Assembly: GCA_951406725.2 (NCBI GenBank) | Contig: OX597835.1 | Location: 5,270,001-5,334,000 of the forward strand | Length of the DNA: 64,000 nucleotides | Direction of reading: 5' to 3' | Origin: Octopus vulgaris | Taxonomy: Eukaryota | Shown: in pieces, positions 11,691 to 24,911 of the stretch | Position numbering within the stretch: the stretch's first letter is position 1 | Layout of the letters: every line of letters starts with the position of its first letter | Program-made: the position numbers and the translations under genes | The notes under the pieces: model-generated | The model's database searches: none | What the model was told of the DNA's origin: nothing | Seen by the model: the letters and a program-made list of their open reading frames with translations, nothing else

Positions 11691-13093
11691 CGTGGTCAGC
11701 CTACAAATTAGTGGCAATTAATGAGAATCCTGTCTTTTTCCTGGGCTGGTCATCATTCCATTACGTTTTGGATGCTTATTGCAGTCTGGCTGTGAGTTCC
11801 TGGGGTCGAGGTTTGCTTGGAAACCACCGTTTCTTTTATCGTTTTATTTGTTTCAGTCGTCAGTCTGCAGCCATGCTGGAGCACCACCTAGAAGGGCTTT
11901 TAATTGAATGAATTGACCCCAGGATTAATTTTTTTTAAAGCAAGGTACTTATTCTAACGGTCTCTTTGGCTGAACTGCTAAGTCAGGGTGACATGAACAC
12001 ACCAGCACCAGTTGTCAAGCTGTGATGGAAGAACAAACAACCACCTGCACAATGAGACACATACATAGGTATATACATTTATATACATAAGACGGGCTTC
12101 TCTTCAGTTTCCATCTACCAAATCTGCTCACAATGCTTTGGTCAACCTGAGGTTACAGTAGAAGACACTTGCCCAAGGTGACACACAGTGGGACTGAACC
12201 TGGAACAATGCAGTTGGGAGATGCAGCAAAGCTAATGAGACGTATCCCAATCACCAGTCTCATATTAAATATCTTTTCTGCTCTATCTCTTTCAGATCCA
12301 TCTCAATCTTACCGGTTCCCCTGCAACAATTTCTTCTGCTTTTCACTTCAGTTTCGGAGAAATCTCAGCAGACTACAGGATTTGGTGGGCAGAAACTGAA
12401 AGATGTCTGTTGTGTATGTGTGTGTATGTATGTACGAATGTGTATCTGTATATATGTGCAAATATGTATGTGTGTGTGTATGTAAATGTGTGTGTGTGTT
12501 TGTTCACATATTTGCTGATTATTGTAAGCAGCAAGTGCCAACGATGCCATGTCTCCTGTCGACAAACTATCCACTGCCTTCTTAGATGAGTGGAATAAAG
12601 GATCCCTTACTTAAAAGACAAGGCTTAGTGACAGCAAAGGTATTCAGTTGTACATTAATGCGTCAATAACATACTCCTCTGACCCATGCCAGCATTGAAA
12701 AATGGATGTGAAAACAAACAAATGAAGAAGGCCTTAAAGTTGCTATGATTCCTCTCAAGTTAATTTCGATTGGAAACAACTACAAGTAAAGACATTCCAA
12801 CAATGACCATTCCATCATTTTACAAGTATCCAGAGAAACATTGCCTGTTTTTGTCCCTTACATTCCTTTTATAGCATTTTGAATATGTTTCTGTAATTTT
12901 TTTTTTTTTAATTTCAAAAATCACCAGAAACTAACTTTTCTGAAAATCTAAAACGGTTTTGAAATTTTCACACCATTTTGTACATTTAATACTAAACACA
13001 TTTCTAATAAATACAATTTTATTCTCAGACTTTTTCAAGTACATTGTAAAATATCTTTGCAGTGTTATTTACAATTACGATTTGTTTCAGTGA

Positions 13094-13138
<45 letters not shown>

Positions 13139-14699
13139 ATGTATATATATGTATGTATATGTATATATATATATGTGTGTGTGTATATATATATATATAT
13201 GTACACATATCATCATGATCATCATCATTTAACATCCGCTTTCCATGCTACCATGGGTTGGACAATTTGACTGAGGTCTGGTGAACCAGATGGCTGCTCC
13301 AGGCTCCAAACTGATCTGCCAAAGTTTCTACAGCTTGATGCCCTTCCTAACGCCAATTAATATACATTAATGTGTATATATATATATATCCAGACACACA
13401 AATATACACATATTAATTATGATACCTATATATATTAATATACATTAATGTGTACATATAAATATACATATATAAATACATATATATATATGTATACACA
13501 CATATATACTATCATGATGATAATGTATACAATAGAAAGGAGAATAACAGAAATAAATGTAGTAATAATGAAAAAATAATGTGAAAATAACAACAGTACC
13601 ATAATAAACATAGAATATAATATAATATAATATAGAAAGTGTAATAAAGATTATTAATTTCGTAGTCAAAGTTCCCAAATTTGCAAATATTTCTATAACG
13701 TGGTGTGACATGAATAGTGATATTTCAAGCAAAACCCATTTTGTTTCAGTATTTTCCTATACTGGTGTAAAGCCATGAATCTTGGGGCAAGGACCAGTTA
13801 ATCAAACGGAGGTAGCCATACATGTTGGGCACTTTATTTTATGGAACCTAGAAGAGAGAAATACCACAAGGTATTTTTGTTCATTTCACTATCGTTTCAG
13901 CCACCCTCTTTCATCATCATCATCATCATCATCATCGTTTAACGTCCGTTTTCCGTGCTGGCACAGGTTGGACGGTTCGACCGGAGTCTGGGAAGCCAGG
14001 GCCTGCACCAGGCTCCAGTCTGATCTGTCAGTGTTTCTACAGCTGGATGCCCTTCCTAACACCAACCACTCCGCGAGTGTAGTGGGTGCTTTTTACGTGC
14101 CACCTGCACAGGTGCCAGGTGAGGGGGGTCTGGCATCGTCCACGATCGGTTGGTGCTTTTAACGTGCCACCGGCACAGAAGCCAGCCAAGGCGGCGCTGG
14201 CATCGGCCACGTTCCGATGGTGCTTTTTATGTGCCACCGGCACAGAAGCCAGTTCCTTTCTACTATAGGCACAGAGCCTGAAATTTTGGGGAATGGACAA
14301 GTCAATTACATCGACCACAGCGCATAACTGGTACTTATTTTATCAACTGAAAGGATGAAAGACAAAGTCAACCTCAGCAGTATTTGAACTCAGAACACAA
14401 AAACAGACAAAATGCTGTTAAGAATTTTCTCTGGTGTACCAATGTTCCTGCCTGCTTGCCACCTTAATAATAATCCTTTCTATTATAGGCACAAGGCCTG
14501 AAATTTGGGGGGAGTTGGGGGCCAGTCAATTAGATCGACCTCCAGTACACAACTGGTACTTAATTTATCGACACCGAAAGGATGAAAGGCAAAGTCAACC
14601 TCGGTGGAATTTGAACTCAGAATGTAGCAGCAGACGAAATATTGCTAAGCATTTCGTCCAGCATGCTACCGGTTCTGCCAGCTCACAGCCCTTGCCACC

Positions 14700-14739
<40 letters not shown>

Positions 14740-14919
14740 ATACTGTAGGCACAAGGCCTAAAATTTTGGTGAGGGGGGTTAGGCGATTACATCAACCCCA
14801 GTGCATAACTGGTACTTTTTTTTATCTATCCCAAAAGGATGAAAAGCAAAGACAATTTTGGCGGAATTCCAGGCCTGGCATGCTAACGACTCTGCCAGCT
14901 CATTGCAATAATAATAATA

Positions 14920-14950
<31 letters not shown>

Positions 14951-15887
14951 TGGTTTCAAATTTTGGCACAAGTTCAGCAAGTACTTATTTTGTACTTATA
15001 TTTAGTGGCCCCAAATGGGATGAAAGGTTAAATCAATACTTGGCCCGACACCTGGACAGCTTTCTAAGAGACTGAGAAATATTGGGATTGGCACTCGTGT
15101 TGTTGACCCTACCCTACTGAATTCTGCTAGAATCCTGAGCAAGATTTTTGAGATTTGAGGAAGTTTCCAATTTCAGCACAAGGCCAGCTATTTTAAGGGA
15201 GGCAACTAATTCCCCAAGTGAGGAATGGCAAACTTTATCTATGGGTTTTAATTTAGGCCCAAAACCACAAAGGAGAGTTTTGCACAAAACCTAATCACCA
15301 ATCTTGTCCCTTAATCATACAAACTTGCAGAAATTTGTGAACTTTTCTAAAGAATTCTTGCCAACACAGACCATACTTAGTTTCTTCAGATTAGTATTTT
15401 GATAGAGTTATTGGTTGAATGATTGATTGGTACTTTTTCTCATATTAGATCAAATCCATGAATTAAAGGGAAATTTGTATTTCTTCTCAGCCACTCGTTT
15501 CCATGGTATAAAGATCACAAAATTTGGCATTACAGAAAATTTCTTTTTCCTTTCCTCTCTCTCTTCATCAAGGGTGAAGAATCCTTTGTCTCCAGATGAA
15601 AAATTTGACCCATGTTCAATTTTCAATCTTCTCACTAGTGAAGTTTCCAAAACCCAAACAAGAACAGAAAATAAAAAAGGGGTAGAGGGTTTCAAGTTCA
15701 AACCCCAAAACAAAAAAATATAAAATTGTATTTGTAGGAATTAATAAAATGAAAGATTCATTTCATTTTTGTGTTTGGTTTGCAAGATCCTTGATGTGAA
15801 TTTTGTTGTGTTTTGGAAGGGTCATTATGCCAATAATAAATGACACATGCAATGGTTCAATATCACTTCTTTATTAAAAGGGTAAAA

Positions 15888-16225
15888 GGTAAAGATCCCC
15901 TACGGTTATGAATGACCATGAGATTGCACCTAGAAAGTTCCTCTCCAAGGCACAAGTCTGAGTAAGGTTGTTTATGGAAGACCAGCAGTCACCCATGCAT
16001 ACCAGCCTCTCCTCTCCACACCACCAATATTGTCCAAGAGAAAGGCAAAGGTCAATACAGCTTGACACCAGTGACGTTGCAACTCATTTCTAAAGCTGAG
16101 TGAACTGGAGCAACATGAAATAAAGTGTCTTGCTCAAGAACACCACACACAGCTTGGTCTAGGACTCAAACTCACTAGCTCGTGATTGTGAGCCCAGTGT
16201 TCTAACCACTGAGCCAGGCAGCTTC
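15888..16225 (-). mobile_element. SINE family F (tRNA head + conserved core); other copies at 16950-17085, 17109-17406, 48686-48945
   Basis: Dispersed ~330-bp repeat with core gtgttcttgagcaagacactttatttca..gctccagttcactcagc. Confidence 0.8.
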
Positions 16226-16590
16226 ATTATTGTTAGTTAATTAATCAACCAATTGACAAACAACAAAGTGATATCAAACCAGTGCTTGTGACATTATTTT
16301 TGACATAACGATCCTCTGAAAACACAGAAAGGTTCTTTATTTTTTTTCTGATATGCACACATCCCTTCCTCCTAAGGATTCTTACACACCTGTTTTATAT
16401 AACAGTATTGAAAAATTAATGGCCCAACAACTGTCTGAAATGGTGTGGGGAGATGGTGGGGGGGTATGTGTTCAGTGGGATGGTCATTTGGCAAGGGATG
16501 GCTATGGGGACATCTTTTCCTCTTTCGGAATTAATGTTTACAGAAGTATAATATTTAATAGACACATGAAAATATATACACATATACCAC

Positions 16591-16650
<60 letters not shown>

Positions 16651-19079
16651 TTGACATCCATTCCCCATGCTGGCACAGGTTGGATGGTTTGAGAGGATGA
16701 CGCAAGCCACAGTGCTGCCTACGTCAAGCTCTGCTGTTAGCAATGGCATGGTTTCTGCAGTTTGGAGGCCCTTTCCTAAAGCCAACCGTTTCATGAACAC
16801 TGCTAGGCTCCTTTTTCATGACACTAGCACGAGTGAGGGCCCTGAGTAACTTGCAAGACAGAAATAGAACATATATGTATGCATGTGTATATATATACAT
16901 ATGTGTTTGTGTGCGTATGTGTATGTATGCATATATAGATAGAGGGTAAAGGGTAAAGACCCCCTTCGGTCATGAATGACCATGGGATTGCACCTAGAAA
17001 GTTCCTTCCAAGGTTCAAGTCTAGGCAAGGTTGTTTATGGAAGACCAGCAGTTGCCCATGCATACCAGCCTCCCCTCTCCACACCATTACATGTACATAG
17101 GGTAAACGGTAAAGACCCCCTTCTGTCATGAATGACCATGGGATTGCACCTAGGAAGTTCCCCTCCAAGAAACAAGTCCAGACAAGGTTGTTTATGGAAG
17201 ATCAGCATACCATCCTTCCCTTTCCATGCCACCAATGTCGTCCAAGGGAAAGGCAAAGGGGCCAATACAGCTTGGCACCTGTGACATTGCAACTCATTTC
17301 TACAGGTGAGCGAACTGGAGTAACATGAAATCAATTGTCCTGCTCAAGAACACAACACACAGCTGGGTCTGTGAATCGAACTCACTACTTCATGATTGTG
17401 AGCCAGACATATATATATATATATACACACATACACTCACACATATATATGTATTCTTTTCTACTCTAGGCACAAGGTCAAAAAATTTGGGGGAGGGAGC
17501 CAGTTGATTAGATCGACCTCAGCACACAACTGGTACTTAATTTATCAACCCCGAGAGGATGAAAGGCAAAATCGACCTCAGCAAAATTTGAACTCAGAAT
17601 GTAAAGACAGACGAAATACCGCTAAGCATTTTGCCCAGGGTACTAACATTTCGCTGCCTCTACACATATATATACATTCTCACACACATGTATGTGTGTG
17701 TGTGTGTGTGCATATATATGTATATATATACAATATATACACACACACATATATTTCTATATTTTTATTTTTTTTTTTTTATCTAGTTTCAGCACACGAG
17801 CTGTGGCCATGCTGGGGCAGCGCCATTTGGTGTTGCTACATAATCTTATACATAGTCAATGGTTGGGAAGGCATCCACTCATAGAACCAAGTTGACTTTG
17901 GGTGTATGTTTATAGTGATGGGAAACGTGGCACTTAAAATCACTTTTGCTTTGAGGAACTGAACAAAAACAGGTTAAGTAGAGACTAATGCCATTGAAAT
18001 CTTACCAAATGAAAGGAAGTGAGGGGTGGCGGGGGTCAGCACCAAAATCCTAACTAATTAAAATTTATGTTGTTGTTATGGTGACATGAATGCATTAATT
18101 AAGTGTCTTTCATCTGGTAGAGTCAGCTCAAAGTTACTCATTATGATCCCTGCTACCATTAGGGTTCAAGAGAAGGAGTCAGTAGAGCAACAATATTCCA
18201 TGACTGTGCAGAGTTGGTCATTGAAGGATTTCACTAACCGGCTGGATGGATGGTTGGTCAACCTATGCATGTTCAAGTCAGATCAAATTGTTATCAGACT
18301 ACAGGGGTTAGCTCGAGATTTCAAAATATTTATTTAACCCAAAATTTGGTAAACTCAAAAACAACATGAATTAGATTTTGGTCTTTTTAGACTTCTTCAG
18401 AAAAACATAATTATCCCCCACCCCCACCCGCCACCAGATTTTTTTTTTTTTTTCATTCAGCCACTCAATGTCAGCTTTAATTAATACTGGTTTCAGATTT
18501 TGGCACAAGGCAAGAATTCCAGGGGAATGGGAAACTTGTTCAACTGGTACTTATTTTATTGACCCCCAAATGGATGAAAGGCAAAGGCAAAGGCAACCAC
18601 AGTGGAATTTGAACTCATGACATAGGGATGAACGAAAAAGGGCCATTGAACGTTTTTTTACAGCATGCTAACAGTTAAGCTGACCTAACTTTAATTAATA
18701 TTAATGAGGTTTTTAAGTAATTACATGCCAAACAGTAAAATATTAAATTTGTGAAAGGAAAGAAAAACCTACCTATAGACCACTAATCAGCAGGTTAATG
18801 AGATTAAATTAAGAAAGGACCCCCGTGCACCCACTCACCCATCATAATGGAATAGTGTCTTTTTTTTTCTTCTTAGATTTCAGTAAATATCATTGATTTT
18901 TGAGAGGGTCACATGGCCACAGTCTTGGAGCAGAATGTTATCAATTAACTATATTGATCCCAATATTTAACAGAGATTTACCACAATATTTGATGGCATA
19001 AAAGACACATGGACATATTAGACACAACCCAATTTCAACAGACCAGTTTCAGGAAGAGAAAACAGCTTTACTGCATTAA

Positions 19080-19299
19080 CCCTTTAGCATTCAGATTATT
19101 CTGTCAAATATAAAGCTTATGTATTCACACCATGTAAAATTAATCCTGCATCATTTCATGGCTTTGAGATTTCAATGATGTGATTGTTTATTTTCAAAAT
19201 GACACAATAAGATAGATATGAATGACCATATCTGACTAGTTTGAACATAAAACAGGTAGAATATTTTGGCCGGATATGGCCGGTTTAAACACTAAAGGG
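19080..19299. mobile_element. piggyBac-type MITE (TTAA TSD, CCCTTTAG termini); other copies at 37359-37577 and 53306-53527
   Basis: ttaa|ccctttag...ctaaaggg|ttaa; ~220 bp; dispersed homologues. Confidence 0.8.
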
Positions 19300-19780
19300 T
19301 TAAACCATGTAACTTAGGCCCAGCTTTGAGTACAATACCCAGGGGTGATTTTTTGAGATTTCTTTTTGAAGAAAATTGTGGTTTATATACCATCAAATAC
19401 AGGACTTATTTTATTGACCCAAGGAAGGTGAAAAGCAAAGTTGACCTCAATATGAGTTGAATTTAGAGGTTAAAAATACCTAGACATAGGTATTTTATCC
19501 TGTGTTCTGCCATTTCTGCCAAATCCAACTGACCCCTGCCACTGCTAAACTTACCTAAAGACATTAAGAATTTAGAGATATTGTTATAAAACAGTAATAT
19601 TCTTTGTGTGAAAATAATCTATGGGAAATGAAAAAAAAATAGAATGATGATATGATCTTAAAAATACCATGGAGAGAAATCAAGGATCAAATTTTGAAAG
19701 GAAAGACATCGAAAAAGGGTTAGCTTTTGTTTTGTTTTGATTTGCACTTAATGAACTTTGGGGATTTTTAGTCCCAGTTC

Positions 19781-19794
19781 TCAATTGTCATCGG

Positions 19795-19826
<32 letters not shown>

Positions 19827-20026
19827 GGGGAATAAGTCAACTTCTTTGGAGTGTCAGCTCTTAGATTCGGAACATTTTTGCTGTTGGGAATGTTTGTACT
19901 CAGCCTAGATTTTTTGGAAACTGGGGATTTCATGTCTTGGTTTTGGTTCAGCGTCCGTACCCTCGATGCAAAGTTGTCTTCTACAGGCGGGGAGTCATCG
20001 TGGTCCACTGTTGATTCATGTGACAT
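19781..20026 (-). CDS. NT5C2: NT5C2 last coding exon (MSHESTVDH...[18 protein letters not shown])
   Basis: ctttcag acceptor; M.HESTV.H conserved; acidic tail; TGA at 19781-19783. Confidence 0.94.
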
Positions 20027-20072
20027 CTGAAAGAGACCAGGATAAACGTCATAAAAGGAAATATTAAGTGTC

Positions 20073-20490
20073 AGGCGCAGGAGTGGCTGTGTGGTAAGTA
20101 GCTTGCTAACCAACCACATGGCTCCAGGTTCAGTCCCACTGCGTGGCATCTTGGGCAAGTGTCTTCTGCTATAGCCCCGGGCCGACCAATGCCTTGTGAG
20201 TGGATTAGGTAGATGGAAACTGAAAGAAGCCTGTCGTATATATGTATATATATATATATATATGTGTGTATATATATATATATGTGTGTGTGTCTGTGTT
20301 TGACACCCTAGCATTGCTTGACAACCGATGCTGGTGTGTTTATGTCCCCGTCACTTAGCGGTTCGGCAAAAGAGACCGATAGAATAAGTACTGGGCTTAC
20401 AAAGAATAAGTCCCGGGGTCGATTTGCTCGACTAAAGGCGGTGCTCCAGCATGGCCGCAGTCAAATGACTGAAACAAGTAAAAGAGAGAG
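20073..20490 (+). mobile_element. SINE family A, full copy; other + copies at 25027-25430, 31307-31730, 37804-38225, 42678-43113, 54438-54722, 55566-55942, 57835-58255, 62635-63058, 63212-63380
   Basis: Near-identical dispersed copies with A-box tggctgtgtgg, B-box-like ggttcagtccc and (gagtaaaa)n tail. Confidence 0.9.
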
Positions 20491-21338
20491 AGAGAGAGAA
20501 AGAGAATGAGTGTGTGTGTGTGTGTGTTGTTGCTGTTGTTGTTGTTGTTGTTATTGTTGGCCTATGCCAGGGGTGTAACCAGTCCATTTATGCATGCCTT
20601 TCCTTCATTGGACACTAAAACTCTGCTTGCGAAGACCAGTTGTGGCAAGTGAAATCGAAATCGAAATCAAATTCAATGACTGGAATCCGTTGCTAGTGGA
20701 GCGCTAAGAGAACCATGCGAGTGAGATCGGGGCCCTCAACAAGCTGACCTCCGAGCCGCTCGCACATTAAAAACACCATCTGAGCGTGATCGTTACCTGC
20801 GTCACTTTTCCAGCACTTGTGCTGGTGGCACGTGAAAAAACATTGAAGCGAGGTCGTTGCCAGTGCCACTGGACTGGCTCCTGTGCAGGTAGCACATAAA
20901 AAGCACCATTTGAGCGTGGCCATTTCCAGTACCGCCTGATTGGCCCTCATGCCGGTGGCACGTAAAAGCACCCACTACACTCTCAGAGTCGTTGGCATTA
21001 GGAAGGGCATCCAGTTGTAGAAACCCTGCCAGATCAGACTGGAGCCTGGTGCAGCCATCTGGTTCACCAGACCTCAGTCAAATCGTCCAACCCATGCTAG
21101 CATGGAAAGACTGTGTCACCTGAGTAGAGATCTACTTTGCATTTCTTCACGCTACAGCTAATTAATTCTCTTATGTTGCCATTATTGTTGTTGTTGTTGT
21201 TATCATCATCATCATCACATAGGCATAAAAGAACAACCAATCCTATTGATTTGAGTATGATACAATTACCAATCTCTGTGAGAAGTGAACACAGAATCTA
21301 AAGGACCATAAGTGAATACCACAAGGTATTTTGTCCAA

Positions 21339-21565
21339 GGCGGCAAACTGGCAGAATCGTTAGCACGCCGGGTGAAATGCTTAGCAGTATTTAGTCTGCC
21401 GTTACGTTCTGAGTTCAAATTCCGCCAAGGTCGACTTGCCTTTCATCCTTTCGGGGGTCGATTAAATAAGTACCAGTTACGTACTGGGGTCGATATAATC
21501 AACTTAATCCGTTTGTCTGTCCTTTGTCCTCTCTGTGTTTAGCCCCTTGTGGGTAGTAAAGAAAT
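21339..21565 (+). mobile_element. SINE family B copy with 15-bp target-site duplication
   Basis: aggtattttgtccaa at 21324-21338 and 21566-21580. Confidence 0.85.
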
Positions 21566-21660
21566 AGGTATTTTGTCCAATGCTTTCACATAACTGCTGA
21601 TAATGTAAACAACAACAACAACAACAATAACAACAGTTGTCATGGAAACAATATACTGAC

Positions 21661-21779
21661 CAACATCCTTGGTGCAACGAATGAATAGCAAAATGGGTAG
21701 TAGAGCAGATTGGTGACTGATGCTGCGTAGAGGTCAGCGTATCGCATCACTTGAGCAGCAAAGAAAGTCTGTTGTGAAT
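21661..21779 (-). CDS. NT5C2: NT5C2 exon 16 ([40 protein letters not shown])
   Basis: 119 nt, ttccag acceptor, gtcagt donor, [12 protein letters not shown] conserved. Confidence 0.96.
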
Positions 21780-22098
21780 CTGGAACGAAAAAGAAGAAGA
21801 AAAAGAAAGAAAAGTAAAAACTGAGAAGTGAATGTAACTAATTTCTGGTTCTTTGCAATCAAAGACTGGAATCAAAGACATGTTTCCCTGGGACGATGAA
21901 CAAAGTCAACTTTGGTTGAGTTTGAACTCATAATGCAGATATCAGGTGTTGACATTGGGTATAGAGCTACACACATTTTAGACAGCCGGGCCAGTTGACT
22001 GGTTAATGATTTTACTAACCACAGCAATATTTGAACTTGCAATGTAAAGTCTGGCTTGTCTTTTAGTCTAACAATTCTGCCAGCCCACAGCTCTTTAA

Positions 22099-22163
<65 letters not shown>

Positions 22164-22167
22164 TAAC

Positions 22168-22205
<38 letters not shown>

Positions 22206-22323
22206 TAATAATAATAATAATGATAAGAGAGAGAGTGCAGGAGTGGCTGTGTAGTAAGTAACCAAGCACATGGTTCCGGGTTACTATATATATATACATA
22301 CATACATACATACATACATACAT

Positions 22324-22371
<48 letters not shown>

Positions 22372-22950
22372 TCCATCAAAAATCAATGGAAATTGTAGTT
22401 GTGATCCCTGTGCCAGTGGCACGTAAAAAGCACCATCTGAATGTGGCCGATGCCAGTGCCGCCTTGACTGGCTTCCGTGCTGGTGGCACGTAAAAAGCAC
22501 ACACTACACTCACGAAGTGGTTGGCATTAGGAAGGGCGTCCAGCTGTAGAAACACTGCCAGATCAAGACTGGAGCTTGGTGCAGCCTTCTGGTTTCCCAG
22601 ACCGCGGTCGAACCGTCCAACCCATGCTAGCATGGAAAACGGACGTTAAACAATGATGATAATGATGATATATATATATATATATATATACATAAAAATA
22701 CACTGTATATTTAAACACATAAGAGGTAAATGTTTTTATTTTTCATTCCCTTCAAAATTTTATCCCTAATAGTGGTTTGGAATTTAACTGTCCTCTCTAG
22801 CGTGCAGGTAGTCCTATGATGGATACCTTTTATGTGTTTAAATGTACACTGTATTTATGTGAATAATATATAGTCCATTGACTAAATTTTTCCACGCTAG
22901 GAAATATTTCAGATTACCCTTTGATATTATTCACTATGTATGTATGTATA

Positions 22951-23353
22951 CTCTTTTACTCTTTTACTTGTTTCAGTCATTTGACTGCGGCCATGCTGGA
23001 GCACCGCCTTTTAGTCGAGCAACTCAACCCCGGGACTTATTCTTTGTAAGCCCAGTACTTATTCTATCGGTCTCTTTTGCCGAACCGCTAAGTGACGGGA
23101 ACATAAACACACCAGCATCGGTTGTCAAGCAATGCTAGAGGGACAAACACAGACACACAAACACACATGAACATATATATACATATATACGATGGGCTTC
23201 TTTCAGTTTCCGTCTACCAAATCCACTCACAAGGCTTTGGTCGGCCCGAGGCTATAGTAGAAGACACTTGCCGAAGGTGCCCCGCAGTGGGACTGAACCC
23301 GGAACCATGTGGTTGGTAAACAAGCTACTTACCACACAGCCACTCCTGCGCCT
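22951..23353 (-). mobile_element. SINE family A, full copy; other - copies at 11838-12217, 32690-32903, 44035-44270, 44281-44690, 53549-53955
   Basis: Reverse complement of family A. Confidence 0.9.
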
Positions 23354-23485
23354 ATGTATATATGTATGTAATGTATGTATGTACGTACGTATGTACGCAA
23401 ATACATATACACTTATGGGCATATATCACACACACACACATTAATGCTCACATATATGAACCAAAGTCAGGTATATTTTACTCAC

Positions 23486-23543
23486 CACTTCTGAATAAGC
23501 TTCCCAGGAAACCATATGCTAAATCCATTTTACATTTAACTTC
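23486..23543 (-). CDS. NT5C2: NT5C2 exon 15 (EVKCKMDLAYGFLGSLFRS)
   Basis: 58 nt, AG/GT, MD..YG..GSLFRS conserved. Confidence 0.95.
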
Positions 23544-23678
23544 CTGCAAACAAACACACAGAGACAATATTTATTAATCATCATAAGTTAAGCAGTTCAT
23601 AAACTGATACGAATTTTCTATAAAGAAACAGACATTTCCAGAGTCGTTTCAGGGTCCTCACTCACTCACTTGCAGTAC

Positions 23679-23721
23679 ATGGTGCTGATGAAGGCCAAGT
23701 AGCCAGAAATGCATTCATCAT
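23679..23721 (+). ncRNA. Minimal hammerhead ribozyme-like motif (slightly degenerate)
   Basis: AUGGUG-CUGAUGA-A-GGC-caagua-GCC-a-GAAA-UGC-AUU-CAUCAU: 6-bp stem I, palindromic AUGCAU stem III, extra A before G12. Confidence 0.55.
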
Positions 23722-24344
23722 TCCAGTGGAGGCTGGCTAAGAAATTACTGTTGATGTTTTAACATCTTCATTTTTGCCTAAAATGAGAATTTTTCTCAGT
23801 AGCCAATCACAGCAGAAACTCGTTTTTTGCAGGTCAAATAAATCACAAACATATTTGGACTAAACAGTTTACACACATTTCAAATTTTGGCACAAAGACA
23901 GCAATTTTAGGGGCAGGATAAGTCAATTACATCGACCCCACCAGTGATCAATGAGTGCTTATTTTATAGACCTTGAAAGGATAAAAAGCAAAGCTGATCT
24001 TGGTGGAATTTGAACCTGGAATGTAAAGATCCAGAAGAGATACCACTAAGAGTTTTATCTGGCACACAAACAATTCTACCAGACACATTTTAACTTATAC
24101 ATGATTATACACATTCTGTATTACTGGTTTGACAGATATCAGCATGTGTTAATAAATATCATGTTTACTGATTTCTATAGACAAGAGCCACAATTTTTGT
24201 TTAGTTTCATTGATATGAGGGTAACTTTGGCTAAAGAAACTCAAACAGGTAGAACACATTGCAGCGTCTCATCACCTGAAAGAGGAAGTTGTTCTTCAAA
24301 TACAAAATATAACATTGATTAGAATAATCTTGTCTTGAGACAGC

Positions 24345-24690
24345 ATTCACCTCGGGGTGGGTTGAGCTGGCTTCATTCATCCTCAATGCTGCATCTCTCA
24401 CAAACGCCGACCAGACCTGGCGAATTTGAGGCTAACGACCACGTGATCTCCAACCACTCCTTATTCCAGCGGCGAACGCCGTAGATATGGGGGCCTAGGT
24501 TGGGTTCCAGATCAGCCTTGACTGTCATCAGCCAGGTTTTTCGTTGTCCACCACATCGCTTTCGCCAACCCTGAAGGGAAGCTGGGGCAATTGCTTCGTA
24601 GATGAATTCTCCTAGTTGACGACGGAGGGCATGACCCAGCCAAAGCAGACGTCTCGTTAGGATGACTTGTCGGAGGGACTAGCATAATCA
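24345..24690 (-). mobile_element. Short RTE-like LINE 3' fragment
   Basis: GC-richer island encoding GP.IYGVRRWNKEWLE..QVWSAFVRDAA, typical of an RTE C-terminus. Confidence 0.55.
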
Positions 24691-24850
24691 CATTCAAATT
24701 TATCAGAACATATTAAGAATGCATATTTATACATCATTGTTTTGGCTATCACTGTTCTCTGTGAATGTAACAATTTATTTTAATATAATTTACTTTAATA
24801 AATTAGTTTTTGTAAACTTGCAACGAAGTTTAGTAACAAACAGTAATTAC

Positions 24851-24911
24851 CTTCAGGGAATTCCTAATGTGTTGACTATTGGGATTTTCTTGAGAACTGC
24901 TGTCAAGATCT
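24851..24911 (-). CDS. NT5C2: NT5C2 exon 14 (DLDSSSQENPNSQHIRNSLK), regulatory arm loop
   Basis: 61 nt, AG/GT, LDSSS conserved. Confidence 0.94.

Noticed and set aside
15427-15723. Overlapping 98-aa and 87-aa ORFs in non-repeat-looking sequence
   Set aside because: No recognisable domain or phase-linked neighbouring exons; possibly a decayed transposon
20073-20150. tRNA-like sequences (also the heads of families E, F and the 43.4 kb element)
   Set aside because: SINE heads with degenerate cloverleaf, each followed by a repeat body; not functional tRNA genes
21636-21649. RFX X-box match GTTGTCATGGAAAC
   Set aside because: Single degenerate motif in a distal intron, far from any evident promoter; plausible by chance
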